From assembly GCA_965218095.1 (NCBI GenBank), contig OZ244587.1, positions 128,001 through 192,000 of the forward strand: 64,000 nt of DNA, given 5' to 3'. Positions 38,743 through 47,923 of the stretch are shown piece after piece (the first letter of the stretch is position 1; every line of letters begins with the position of its first letter). This DNA is from Candidatus Poribacteria bacterium (lineage in GTDB: Bacteria > Poribacteria > WGA-4E > PCPOR2b). The notes under the pieces were generated by a model. The model searched no databases, was not told the DNA's origin, and saw only the letters and a list, made by a program, of their open reading frames with translations. Both the position numbers and the translations under genes were made by a program.

Positions 38743-40029
38743 TTGCTGTTTAATTCGACCATGAACTGTCCGCCAATACTTTCCAGAATATCACCTCGAA
38801 TCCGTTCCCTTTTGCGAGAGATTGGAGAGGTCAGGGCAGAAACTTTCCGGTCTGTCTGTATCATCGGGGGCTTTGTCCGCGATCGCCTCATCGGGCGTGA
38901 GGATTTAGACCTTGACATTGTATTGGAAGGGGATGCCATTGGATTTGCGCGTCAGCTTGCCGAGGCGTGGGGTGGTGAGGTACAGGCACATTGCAAATTC
39001 AGGACAGCAACAGTGACACGTCCTGACGGATTGAAGGTCGATTTTGTCAGTGCACGTACCGAAACTTATCCGTGTCCCGGTGCGTTACCATCGGTAAGAT
39101 ATGGTACAATCGAAGATGACCTCCGGCGGCGCGATTTCTCGATTAACGCCCTCGCCATCCAACTGAATCCCGACTTCTTTGGCGAGCTCGTTGATTGCAC
39201 GGACGGCCTACAGGACTTACGCGCCGGGCGCATTCGCGCGCTGCATGATCGGAGTTTCATTGACGATCCAACCCGGATCTTCCGGGCGATACGGTACGAG
39301 GGGCGTTACGGCTTTCAGATCGTCAAAGCCGATCAAGAGCGCATTCGTGATGCGATAGGCCAGAGCATCTTGGACCAAATCAGTGGACAGCGCATCCGAA
39401 ACGAAATCGACCGCATCCTGACGGAAGAAGCTGCACGGCAAATAATCCAGCGCATGCTCGAATTTGATCTCTTTCGCGTCATTCACCCGGTTTGGGAAAT
39501 CCCCCGGAATTTTGACGCGCTTTGGAACGCCGCTGGTCAAGCGATTGATTGGGTGGAAAGGCATCTCCCAAATGATCAGATCGATACGGAAGCAATACTC
39601 TGGATGACGTTGATGGGCGCGGCACACCATGTTCCTATATCTGCGATTGAAGCGATTAGCGATAGATTGGCATTGGAAAATCAGTTGCGGGCAAAGCTAA
39701 TCGCAACAGGACAATTGTGGTGTGCTTTAGACACGCTCTCAGCATCTTCCAAGTCGAGTGAAGTATATCAGTTATTAAACCTTTATCCACCGGAACCGCT
39801 CGCTTTTGCACTGATGCAGCCGAATCAACCCGATTGGCGCATGGAAGAGATCAGGAATTATCTGACACACTTGAGGGGCATTCAACCTTTAATCACCGGA
39901 GATGATCTGATCCAACTGGGCTTGAAGCCAGGCCGGGCATTTGCGGATGTGCTATGGAAGGCATTCGCTGCACAGTTAGATGGAAAGGTATCGACCAAAC
40001 AGGAAGCCTGCCAACATTTGGGGTATTAA
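38743..40029 (+). CDS. tRNA nucleotidyltransferase (CCA- or A-adding)
   Basis: GGFVRD, DLDIVLEGD, ARTETY..PGALP, DLRRRDFSINA, SFIDDPTRIFRA. Confidence 0.88.
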   Translation: MLFNSTMNCPPILSRISPRIRSLLREIGEVRAETFRSVCIIGGFVRDRLIGREDLDLDIVLEGDAIGFARQLAEAWGGEVQAHCKFRTATVTRPDGLKVDFVSARTETYPCPGALPSVRYGTIEDDLRRRDFSINALAIQLNPDFFGELVDCTDGLQDLRAGRIRALHDRSFIDDPTRIFRAIRYEGRYGFQIVKADQERIRDAIGQSILDQISGQRIRNEIDRILTEEAARQIIQRMLEFDLFRVIHPVWEIPRNFDALWNAAGQAIDWVERHLPNDQIDTEAILWMTLMGAAHHVPISAIEAISDRLALENQLRAKLIATGQLWCALDTLSASSKSSEVYQLLNLYPPEPLAFALMQPNQPDWRMEEIRNYLTHLRGIQPLITGDDLIQLGLKPGRAFADVLWKAFAAQLDGKVSTKQEACQHLGY

Positions 40030-40035
40030 AGTCTA

Positions 40036-40719
40036 ATGCACTTGGACCCATTTTTTGCAATCGTCACCGTTTCTCAATTTATCGTTTTACTCACTTTTCA
40101 TGAATGGGGGCATGCCAAATCTGCCAACATACTGGGCGATCCGACCGCCAAAGATGAAGGACGAATGTCGTTTAATCCCGCAGCACATATTGACCTAATC
40201 GGAACGATCATCCTGCCCTTGATTGGCACGCTATTTGGTGGAGGCTTTTTCGGTTGGGCAAAGCCTGTACCTGTGGATCCGCGCTATCTGAAAAATCCTA
40301 AACGGGATCTAATGATTATTGCCGCGGCGGGGCCGATCATGAATATTATCTGTACCATCGTCATCTTGGGGATCGTCAAGATCTTAGAGGTAACGATTGG
40401 ATTCCCTCAAAGCGGATCGGTCACACAATATCAAATCCGTCAAATCCTATTTATGCGGACCGCGATTATTAGTGTTTGGCTTGCAGTATTCAACATGCTT
40501 CCGTTGTTTCCACTCGATGGATTCAGCGTTGTACGTGGGCTTCTTCCTTGGAGACAGGCTCATGAATTTGAGAAACTACGTCCTTATGGTATGATGATTT
40601 TAATGGGAATCCTTTTTATACCGGGTCTGCTAAGAATTCCAAACCTTGTCTTTTTGGCGATGGGAAAGGTTGTGACCGTTATTTTCGCTACGATTGCAAT
40701 GCTGGTAGGTTTAAGATGA
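40036..40719 (+). CDS. Site-2 protease (M50) family protein
   Basis: HEWGH, GWAKPVP, AAGP, FNMLPLFPLDG. Confidence 0.92.
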   Translation: MHLDPFFAIVTVSQFIVLLTFHEWGHAKSANILGDPTAKDEGRMSFNPAAHIDLIGTIILPLIGTLFGGGFFGWAKPVPVDPRYLKNPKRDLMIIAAAGPIMNIICTIVILGIVKILEVTIGFPQSGSVTQYQIRQILFMRTAIISVWLAVFNMLPLFPLDGFSVVRGLLPWRQAHEFEKLRPYGMMILMGILFIPGLLRIPNLVFLAMGKVVTVIFATIAMLVGLR

Positions 40720-40775
40720 ATTTGGAGGGAATGTGGATTTAATAACAGATCGGAGTTAGAAGGGAAATCACAGAA

Positions 40776-41756
40776 ATGCAAAAAACACGCTTAGTGAGTG
40801 GGATTCGCCCAACGGGGCTGCTGCATATTGGGCATCTCGAAGGGATGTTGAAGAACACAGCAAGTCTGCAAAACAAATACGAGTGTTATCCGTTTATCGC
40901 GGATTGGCATTCGCTCACCGATGTGACTGACACATCGAACCTTTCCCAATACATATTGCAAGCAGCGATCGATTGGTTGAGCGCGGGGATCAATCCGGAC
41001 AAGAGCACCCTCTTCGTTCAATCGCACGTTCCCGAACATGCGGAGCTCTCCACCTTACTCACAATGGTTACGCCGGTGTCTTGGCTTGAACGGTGTCCAA
41101 CGTACAAAGACAAAATTCAAAACCTCAATCAACGCGAGGGACCTTCAACCGGCTTACTAGAATATCCGGTGTTGATGACGGCAGATGTGATTGTCTACAA
41201 GGCAGAGGTGGTAGCTGTTGGAGCGGATCAGGTTGCACACCTTGAAATCTCGCGGGAGATTGTTCGCCGATTCAACCATTTATTCGGGAAAGTTTTCCCA
41301 GAGCCGCAGCCGATGTTGACGGAAACCTCTGAGTTGCCAGGGCTTGATGGTCGCAAGATGAGTAAGAGCTATAGTAATGCTATTCAGTTGTCAGATCCAC
41401 CTCAGGCCACACAGACAAACATTATGAAGATGGTAACAGATCCGGGGCGTGTCCGTCGCACTGACCCCGGCGATCCCGATGTCTGCCCTGTTTTTGCATA
41501 CCATAAGGTCTACAATCTCGACGAGGCACCGCAGATTGATCAGGATTGTCGCTCCGCCGCGATCGGGTGTGTCAATTGTAAGCGGAATCTCAGCAATAAG
41601 CTGATCGCTGCCCTCGAACCGTTTTATGAAAAACGGGCTCAATGGGCATCAAAGCCGAAAGCGGTTCGTGAAGTCCTCGCGGAGGGAGCGAGCCGGGCCA
41701 AGGGAGTCGCTCAGGAAACAATGGCGGAAGTTCGATCCGCGATGAAGTTGGCGTAA
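40776..41756 (+). CDS. trpS: Tryptophan-tRNA ligase
   Basis: SGIRPTG.LHIGH, YPVLMTAD, KMSKS. Confidence 0.97.
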   Translation: MQKTRLVSGIRPTGLLHIGHLEGMLKNTASLQNKYECYPFIADWHSLTDVTDTSNLSQYILQAAIDWLSAGINPDKSTLFVQSHVPEHAELSTLLTMVTPVSWLERCPTYKDKIQNLNQREGPSTGLLEYPVLMTADVIVYKAEVVAVGADQVAHLEISREIVRRFNHLFGKVFPEPQPMLTETSELPGLDGRKMSKSYSNAIQLSDPPQATQTNIMKMVTDPGRVRRTDPGDPDVCPVFAYHKVYNLDEAPQIDQDCRSAAIGCVNCKRNLSNKLIAALEPFYEKRAQWASKPKAVREVLAEGASRAKGVAQETMAEVRSAMKLA

Positions 41757-41824
41757 AACTTGACGCTAAAATAAAGGTACTGGCTGAAATATTCGCGCCA
41801 TAGAAAGGGAATAAGGTAGTCCGT

Positions 41825-42589
41825 ATGGGTCCTACAACCGCAACTGTGAATCCTCATCCCCCAAAAGCCATCTATGCAATCAAACTTGATGTCTTTGAAG
41901 GTCCCTTAGACCTGTTGCTCCATCTGATCCAAAAGAATGAGATGGAGATCACGGACATTCCAATCGCAGAGATTACCGAGCAGTATCTGGAATATCTCAA
42001 CTTCATGGAGATGCTAGATCTCGATGTTGCATCGGAATTCCTGGTCATGGCGGTAACATTGCTTCACCTCAAGTCCCAGAGTATTCTCCCTGCGGTGACC
42101 TCGGATGAATCCCAAACTTTCAAAGACCGGGAAGAACTGGTCAGACAGCTTTTGGAGTACAAGCAGTTTAAGGAAGCTGCCCAGGCGCTAGATTGCTACG
42201 CAACGAGCCGTGAGAAACTCTATGGCCGCAACGTCGACCCATACGCAGATGTAGAAGTAGAAGAATTGCGGGATGTGCAGATTAAAGCAACACTCTTCGA
42301 CCTCCTCTCCGCCTTCAAGCATGTAACCGAGCAACAATTTATAGTTGATGACTATTATGAGGAGATTCAGGAAGAACCGATCACCGTTGAGGAAAAGATG
42401 GAATTTTTGGAACGCAGACTTAGCGACGGCGAGCAGATTCGGTTCAACGACCTGTTTTCGGAGTTTGCAAACAAGCTGGAGCAAATCGTCACATTTTTAG
42501 CAGTCTTGGAGTTGATGCGCCTTCAGCAGGTCGTCACGGTGCAATCGGGCCACTTTGAGAACATTTATATCGTGAAGCGTGATGCGTAA
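41825..42589 (+). CDS. scpA: Segregation and condensation protein A
   Basis: FEGPLDLLLHLI, EFLVMA, LVRQLLEYK, VTFLAVLEL. Confidence 0.95.
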   Translation: MGPTTATVNPHPPKAIYAIKLDVFEGPLDLLLHLIQKNEMEITDIPIAEITEQYLEYLNFMEMLDLDVASEFLVMAVTLLHLKSQSILPAVTSDESQTFKDREELVRQLLEYKQFKEAAQALDCYATSREKLYGRNVDPYADVEVEELRDVQIKATLFDLLSAFKHVTEQQFIVDDYYEEIQEEPITVEEKMEFLERRLSDGEQIRFNDLFSEFANKLEQIVTFLAVLELMRLQQVVTVQSGHFENIYIVKRDA

Positions 42590-42624
42590 AACGTGATATT
42601 TATCGCGTAAAGGCCGATCGTTCG

Positions 42625-43494
42625 ATGACAGCAATAAAAACAGACCTTTATCTTGGGGATTGCTTAGAGGTACTCGCCAATTTTGACACCGATTCATTCG
42701 ACCTGATTATGACCTCCCCCCCGTATGCGGACCGCCGATCCAAAACGTATGGCGGAATCAACCCCGATGAATATGTCAATTGGTTTCTGCCTCGAGCTGA
42801 AGCATTTTTAAGGGTCCTCAAGCCATCTGGCACATTCATCCTGAACATCAAAGAGAAAGCCGTTGACGGAGAACGGCATACTTATGTTATCGAGTTGATA
42901 CTTGAGATGAGGAAGCAGGGATGGTTGTGGACAGAGGAGTTTGTTTGGCACAAGAAAAATTGCTATCCGGGAAAATGGCCGAACCGGTTCAGAGATGCTT
43001 GGGAAAGATGTTTACAGTTTAATAAAACCAAGAAATTCAATATGTATCAAGAAGCGGTCATGGTGCCGATGGGAGATTGGGCGGAAAAAAGGTTGAAGCA
43101 TCTCAGCGAGACAGATCAGAGTCGGGATACGTCGAGAGCGGGGAGTGGTTTTGGCAAGAATGTTTCAAATTGGTTAGACCGGAAAATGGCTTATCCGACG
43201 AATGTTTTGCACTTGGCAACAGAAACGGGGAATCGAAAACATAGTGCCGTTTTTCCCAAGACGTTGCCCAAATGGTTTATCAAGCTGTTTACGAAAGAAA
43301 ATGATTGGGTGCTTGATCCGTTTGCAGGCGCCAGTACGACGTGTCAGGTCGCTCAAGTGCTGTCGAGGAATTCCGTCGGTATTGAAATTTTGCCCCAGTA
43401 TTATCAATTGGCAAAGGAGAATATCAAACCGGCGCAATATCTGTTCTTTGAAGCGGCTCAATATGAAACCCATTACACAACAGGAGATAACTGA
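42625..43494 (+). CDS. Site-specific DNA methyltransferase (N4-C/N6-A, beta class)
   Basis: TSPPY, HSAVFP, VLDPFAG. Confidence 0.92.
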   Translation: MTAIKTDLYLGDCLEVLANFDTDSFDLIMTSPPYADRRSKTYGGINPDEYVNWFLPRAEAFLRVLKPSGTFILNIKEKAVDGERHTYVIELILEMRKQGWLWTEEFVWHKKNCYPGKWPNRFRDAWERCLQFNKTKKFNMYQEAVMVPMGDWAEKRLKHLSETDQSRDTSRAGSGFGKNVSNWLDRKMAYPTNVLHLATETGNRKHSAVFPKTLPKWFIKLFTKENDWVLDPFAGASTTCQVAQVLSRNSVGIEILPQYYQLAKENIKPAQYLFFEAAQYETHYTTGDN

Positions 43495-44203
43495 TTATGT
43501 TGAGGCGAACATTCAAGTCTTTCACCAGAGAAGGTTAGATAATCTTCAAAAGTTGAAACTGATGAATGTCGTCAAACGAAAAAATCCCTATCTATTCAAG
43601 GCGAAAAACATTAACACGGCATCAGAATTCGTAAGGACCATCCTAGACGCTTTTCTATCTTCACAAGAAGAAGGGATTTTTGGTGGGTTTCTGGAGGAGC
43701 TTGCGATTTTTATTTGTGCACAGGTATATGGTGGCCAGAAATCCTCAGCAGAGGGGATTGATCTAGAATTTGATTGATACAATATAAGGTACATTGTATC
43801 AATCAAATCTGGACCAAATTGGGGAAATAGTAGCCAAATCACAAAACTGCGGGACAACTTCAGGAAGACTAAACGAATTCTCAGCACAAATACATCATCA
43901 GCGAATGTCGTTGCTGTCAATGGTTGCTGCTATGGAAAAGATCGAGTGCCAGATAAGGGTGACTATTTGAAGTTGTGCGGGCAACAATTTTGGGCATTTA
44001 TTTCAGGTGATGACAACCTGTACACTGACATCATTGAGCCTCTTGGCCATCAAGCAAAAGAAAAAAATGAGCAGTTTATGCAGGAATATGCCAAAGTACT
44101 CAATAAATTTACTTTCGAGTTCATCACGACATTTTGCAATGCTGACGGCAATATACTTTGGGAGAAAATCGTCAAGTTTAATTCAGCGGAGGCAATGCCT
44201 TGA
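43463..44203 (+). pseudogene. Type II restriction endonuclease (PmeII-like) with an in-frame TGA at 43775-43777
   Basis: KRKNPYLF, SSQEEGIFG.FLEEL, GIDLEFD*YNIRYIVSIKSGPNWGNSSQ, CGQQFW; the frame is continuous across the stop. Confidence 0.85.
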
Positions 44204-44270
44204 AAATCTTCCCACGTCATGATTTCCTGGATTCAATAGATTCGCGCCTGCTACTGAATATCTAACCATT

Positions 44271-44483
44271 ATGAACGAAGCCAACACGCTAGATCCCACT
44301 CCTGACAAAGTCAAATCAATCCTCGAAGCCATTCTGTTCGCTGCCAGCGAACAGATTTCGTTGGAGCAGTTCAGCCAATTGTTCGACGACGTATCTACTC
44401 GGCAAATCCGCCAACAACTCATGCTGTTGCGGGACGATGGAAATCACCTCAGATGCCAGCGCATTACGCACGCGCGGAGTTAG
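44271..44483 (+). pseudogene. scpB: Truncated segregation and condensation protein B
   Basis: KSILEAILFAASEQISL... similarity ends after about 56 codons. Confidence 0.75.
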
Positions 44484-44610
44484 CAGAGCAAGGCGCGATT
44501 GCACGGTTCAAATACGGAAAATGACAACTTCAAAGTTGCAATTACACTATGATGTGATATACTGTAATGCAAGTTGTTACCCATCTTTCCCTTCAGGGTA
44601 AGCGACTATT

Positions 44611-44638
44611 GTAGGGAACAACGATCGTTGTTCCCTAC
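44611..44638. repeat. GTAG-type REP-like palindrome
   Basis: GTAGGGAACAACGATCGTTGTTCCCTAC is a perfect palindrome between convergent genes. Confidence 0.7.
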
Positions 44639-44667
44639 AGTGAAGAATCTGGTGTAGCACTTGGGGT

Positions 44668-46434
44668 TCAGGAACACTCTGCCTTATAGATGATTGCCTT
44701 GTTTACCAGATACATCAACTCGACAACTTGCTCACTATCGATTTCGGGGAAGGCATCTTTAACGACTTGATGTACCAGATCTAAGTTGCCATCCTTTGCC
44801 CAATAACTTTCTCGAAGGATTTCAGCAAATTCCGCCACAGCAGCGGCTAACCGAAACGTTGCAGAAGCCGCATCAAATGATTCGTGCAGTTGCGACACGA
44901 AGATGTCTTCGCTCACTTCGCTGACCCTATAATTATCTGCATCCGCATGCCGAATCGAAACGGTTGCCAGCTTTCCAGTTGTGGCCTGATGCAATTTAAC
45001 CTCATACAAGGCAGTTACCTGATGCCCCGATCCGACTTCTCCAGCATCAACAGTGTCATCGCGAAACTGATCATGAGAAAGGCGACGGTTTTCATAACCG
45101 AGCAACCGAAAGCGGCTGACAACTTCGGGATTAAAATCAATCTGAACCTTCGCGTCTTTCGCAATCAATTGTAGCGTCCCCGTCAAATTTTCAACGAATA
45201 TTCGCTTGGCTTCGGTGAGTGCATCAACATACGCATAGCTGCCGTCTCCTGTGTCGGCGAGCCGTTCCATGAGCACATCATTGTAGTTTCCCATGCCGAA
45301 GCCGACCATCGAGAGCGTAATTCCTCGTTGAACGTAAGTGTGTATTTCTTTAAGAATTTCATCGGGGCCCGTTTTGCCGACATTGGCAACCCCATCTGAG
45401 CAGAGAATCACCCGGTTGATGTGATTGACGCTCGCATTTCGCCAAGCCAGATCGTATCCGATTCGCAGACCTTCCTCGGCGTTGGTTGATCCGTTTGGCG
45501 CAAGGGAATTGATGGCTGCCAAGATTTTGCTACGTTGCTCGATTCCTGTATGCGGAAGCACGAGCCTGCCACGAGAGCCATAAACTACAATGCCCACTTT
45601 GTCGGTAGGACGGCAAGAGTCAACGAGCACAGTTAATGCTTTCTTTACCAATCCCAGACGGTTTTCCTGTGCCATTGAGCCCGACACATCAATGACAAAC
45701 GTGAGGTTGGCGTCTTTTCGATGCTCGTCTGGAATCACACGCCCTTGAAGTCCGATGCGCAACAGTTGAAGCCGTTTCCCTTCACCAAATTTTGACGGGG
45801 CGCCTTCGATGTGGATAGCAAACGCGCTATCCGTCAGCGGGTCGTAGTTGTAATCAAATGTGTTGACAAATTCTTCGACGCGCACGTCCTCCGGTGGGGG
45901 CAAGTGCCCATCCATCAGGTATCGGCGCGTTATTGAATAAGAACCCGTATCAACGTCCATTGCAAACGTCGAAAGGTGTTCGTCTTCGGTATCAAGAAAC
46001 GGATTGGTGCCAGCTCCCTTAAAAAACATATCATGATACACTTCACCATTTGGGGGATTCCATTGGGGTGATGTTGTAATGACCATCTTTCCACCATCTG
46101 ACTGCCCAACAACCTCGTTGGAAAACTCAACCACTGTTTGCGCTTGAACGGAAGATACGGAACGAGCAACAACCGCGGTCGTAACTCTCGGTTGAACCTG
46201 ACCCTGTTCCACAAGAAAAGACCTGTTTGTTGGAATGGTTGGCTTAATCACGGGTTTGATAACAGGTTTGCGAACTTGTGGTTTGGGGGGTTCCTTCGCT
46301 TGAAGGATTTCTGCAATCACTAAATCTTTGAACGGCTCAATCCGGGTTATGTAGAAGATACCAGCGATCAGCACGATGACGCCGTGAATCGCTAACGATA
46401 TCATCAACGCTCCTGAAATTCTCTTGGCGCTCAT
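44668..46434 (-). CDS. YfbK-like vWA domain protein (vWF_A / VWA / DUF3520) with a TonB-like N-terminal anchor
   Basis: STFAMDVDTGSY, VRVEEFVN, FVIDVSGSM, ILCSDG, RLLGYENR, DAGEVGSGH. Confidence 0.9.
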   Translation of the reverse strand: MSAKRISGALMISLAIHGVIVLIAGIFYITRIEPFKDLVIAEILQAKEPPKPQVRKPVIKPVIKPTIPTNRSFLVEQGQVQPRVTTAVVARSVSSVQAQTVVEFSNEVVGQSDGGKMVITTSPQWNPPNGEVYHDMFFKGAGTNPFLDTEDEHLSTFAMDVDTGSYSITRRYLMDGHLPPPEDVRVEEFVNTFDYNYDPLTDSAFAIHIEGAPSKFGEGKRLQLLRIGLQGRVIPDEHRKDANLTFVIDVSGSMAQENRLGLVKKALTVLVDSCRPTDKVGIVVYGSRGRLVLPHTGIEQRSKILAAINSLAPNGSTNAEEGLRIGYDLAWRNASVNHINRVILCSDGVANVGKTGPDEILKEIHTYVQRGITLSMVGFGMGNYNDVLMERLADTGDGSYAYVDALTEAKRIFVENLTGTLQLIAKDAKVQIDFNPEVVSRFRLLGYENRRLSHDQFRDDTVDAGEVGSGHQVTALYEVKLHQATTGKLATVSIRHADADNYRVSEVSEDIFVSQLHESFDAASATFRLAAAVAEFAEILRESYWAKDGNLDLVHQVVKDAFPEIDSEQVVELMYLVNKAIIYKAECS

Positions 46435-46664
46435 TTTATTCCTCCAAAATTTGGTATTTATGATACCGGGACGAGTTGCCTATTGGACAAGCCCGCCGCA
46501 GTCTTGAGTTGATTCACGCCAGAGTGGCAAATGATGTGCCAACGCTGGTATAGCCTCTGAACGCGCCGTTTTCCGTAACCCTAGAATCTTTCCAATGCCC
46601 AGAACAGTTTAGACAACCCAAGCCCGTATGTACGAACTGGTGCAAAACCTCGGAGCGAAAATCA

Positions 46665-47873
46665 ATGCACCCAAACTACCTACAAAAGATTTTAGACCAT
46701 CACATCGGCATCCCCCTTTGCCTCCTGCTCGGTGGATTCCAATCTCGCGCCCCTGTCCGGCATCGCTCTCCCCGTCGGATTTTACTTATCCAACTTTCCG
46801 CCATTGGCGACACCATCCTGACAATCCCAACAATCCGGGCGATTCGCCAACGCTTCCCCGATACCCACCTAGCGATAATCTCTTCGTCAATCAACCTGCA
46901 ATATCTGGAAGGCTGCCCCTATATCGATCGACACATTTCCTGCCGCTTAGAAGAACTGATGAAATCGCCGTGGAACCTGATCGTGTTTATCGTGGCGCTG
47001 CGCTGTCAAAAGTTCGATTGGGCAATCGATTTTGAACATTGGCCCCGGCTCAGTGCGTTAATCGCTTACGGGAGTGGTGCATCGAGGCGAGTTGGGTTTC
47101 GGGCTGCCGGTCAGCATCGACACTACCCTTTTACGGATATCGTCGAGCATGTGCCGGGACAACACGAGGTGGTTAATTTTCTAAAGATAGCGAGGCTGTT
47201 GGGATGTCCGATTCAGAGAACACATTTGGATGTATGGGTGGGAAAAGAAGATTGGGATTGGGCGGAGACTTTCCTCAATGCGGTGGGTATCGATCGGAAC
47301 AGACCGGTTGTTGCAATTCATCCAGAAGCCGGCAGACGTGGTGAGCCGCGAAGGCGGTGGTCACACGATAGATTTGTTCAGCTTGCCGATGCGCTTGTCG
47401 AACGCTATCACGCGCAAATTATCTTGACAGGTGCTCCCTCAGAGGTTGAACTTTCACAGCGAATTGCTTCACAAACCCGGTCATCTTGTGCTGTCGCAGC
47501 CGGTCAAACCCAGATTAATCAACTAGCTGCGTTGTTTGCAAATATGGATCTTGTCATCTGTGGAAACTGTGGCCCCATGCACCTCGCTGCCGCCGCTGGA
47601 ACGCCGGTCCTTGCCCTGCATGGTCCCACGAATCCCTTGCAATGGGGCCCCTGGGGAAAAAATCACACCGTAATCAATGTCAATCTGCCGTGCAGCCCAT
47701 GTCTCAATCTCGGCTTCGAGTACGGCTGCTCCGCACTTTCTGACGGAACTTCGCCTTGCATGTATACGATACAGGTCCGCGAAGTCCTCAAAGCGTGCGA
47801 AAAGTATCTGGCGAAGGGACAAGAAGCAATCAAGCAAGGAGAGCATCCCCAACACGGAAAACGTAAAATGTAA
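46665..47873 (+). CDS. Glycosyltransferase family 9 (heptosyltransferase-like)
   Basis: ILLIQLSAIGD, IHP..RRW, GPMHLAAA.GTP..LHGPT. Confidence 0.9.
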   Translation: MHPNYLQKILDHHIGIPLCLLLGGFQSRAPVRHRSPRRILLIQLSAIGDTILTIPTIRAIRQRFPDTHLAIISSSINLQYLEGCPYIDRHISCRLEELMKSPWNLIVFIVALRCQKFDWAIDFEHWPRLSALIAYGSGASRRVGFRAAGQHRHYPFTDIVEHVPGQHEVVNFLKIARLLGCPIQRTHLDVWVGKEDWDWAETFLNAVGIDRNRPVVAIHPEAGRRGEPRRRWSHDRFVQLADALVERYHAQIILTGAPSEVELSQRIASQTRSSCAVAAGQTQINQLAALFANMDLVICGNCGPMHLAAAAGTPVLALHGPTNPLQWGPWGKNHTVINVNLPCSPCLNLGFEYGCSALSDGTSPCMYTIQVREVLKACEKYLAKGQEAIKQGEHPQHGKRKM

Positions 47874-47923
47874 TGCGTAAAACGTAAAGATCTCTTTTCA
47901 CGTTTTACGTTTCACGCTTCACG
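47858..47923. repeat. Heptamer (AAAACGT / ACGTTTT) inverted tandem repeat between convergent genes
   Basis: AAAACGTAAAATGTAATGCGTAAAACGTAAA...TTTCACGTTTTACGTTTCACG; similar units near 37855 and 42577. Confidence 0.65.

Noticed and set aside
43775-43777. In-frame TGA in the restriction endonuclease as selenocysteine
   Set aside because: No Cys or redox context. The hairpin includes the TGA itself rather than placing a G-starting loop at +20. A nonsense mutation is more parsimonious.
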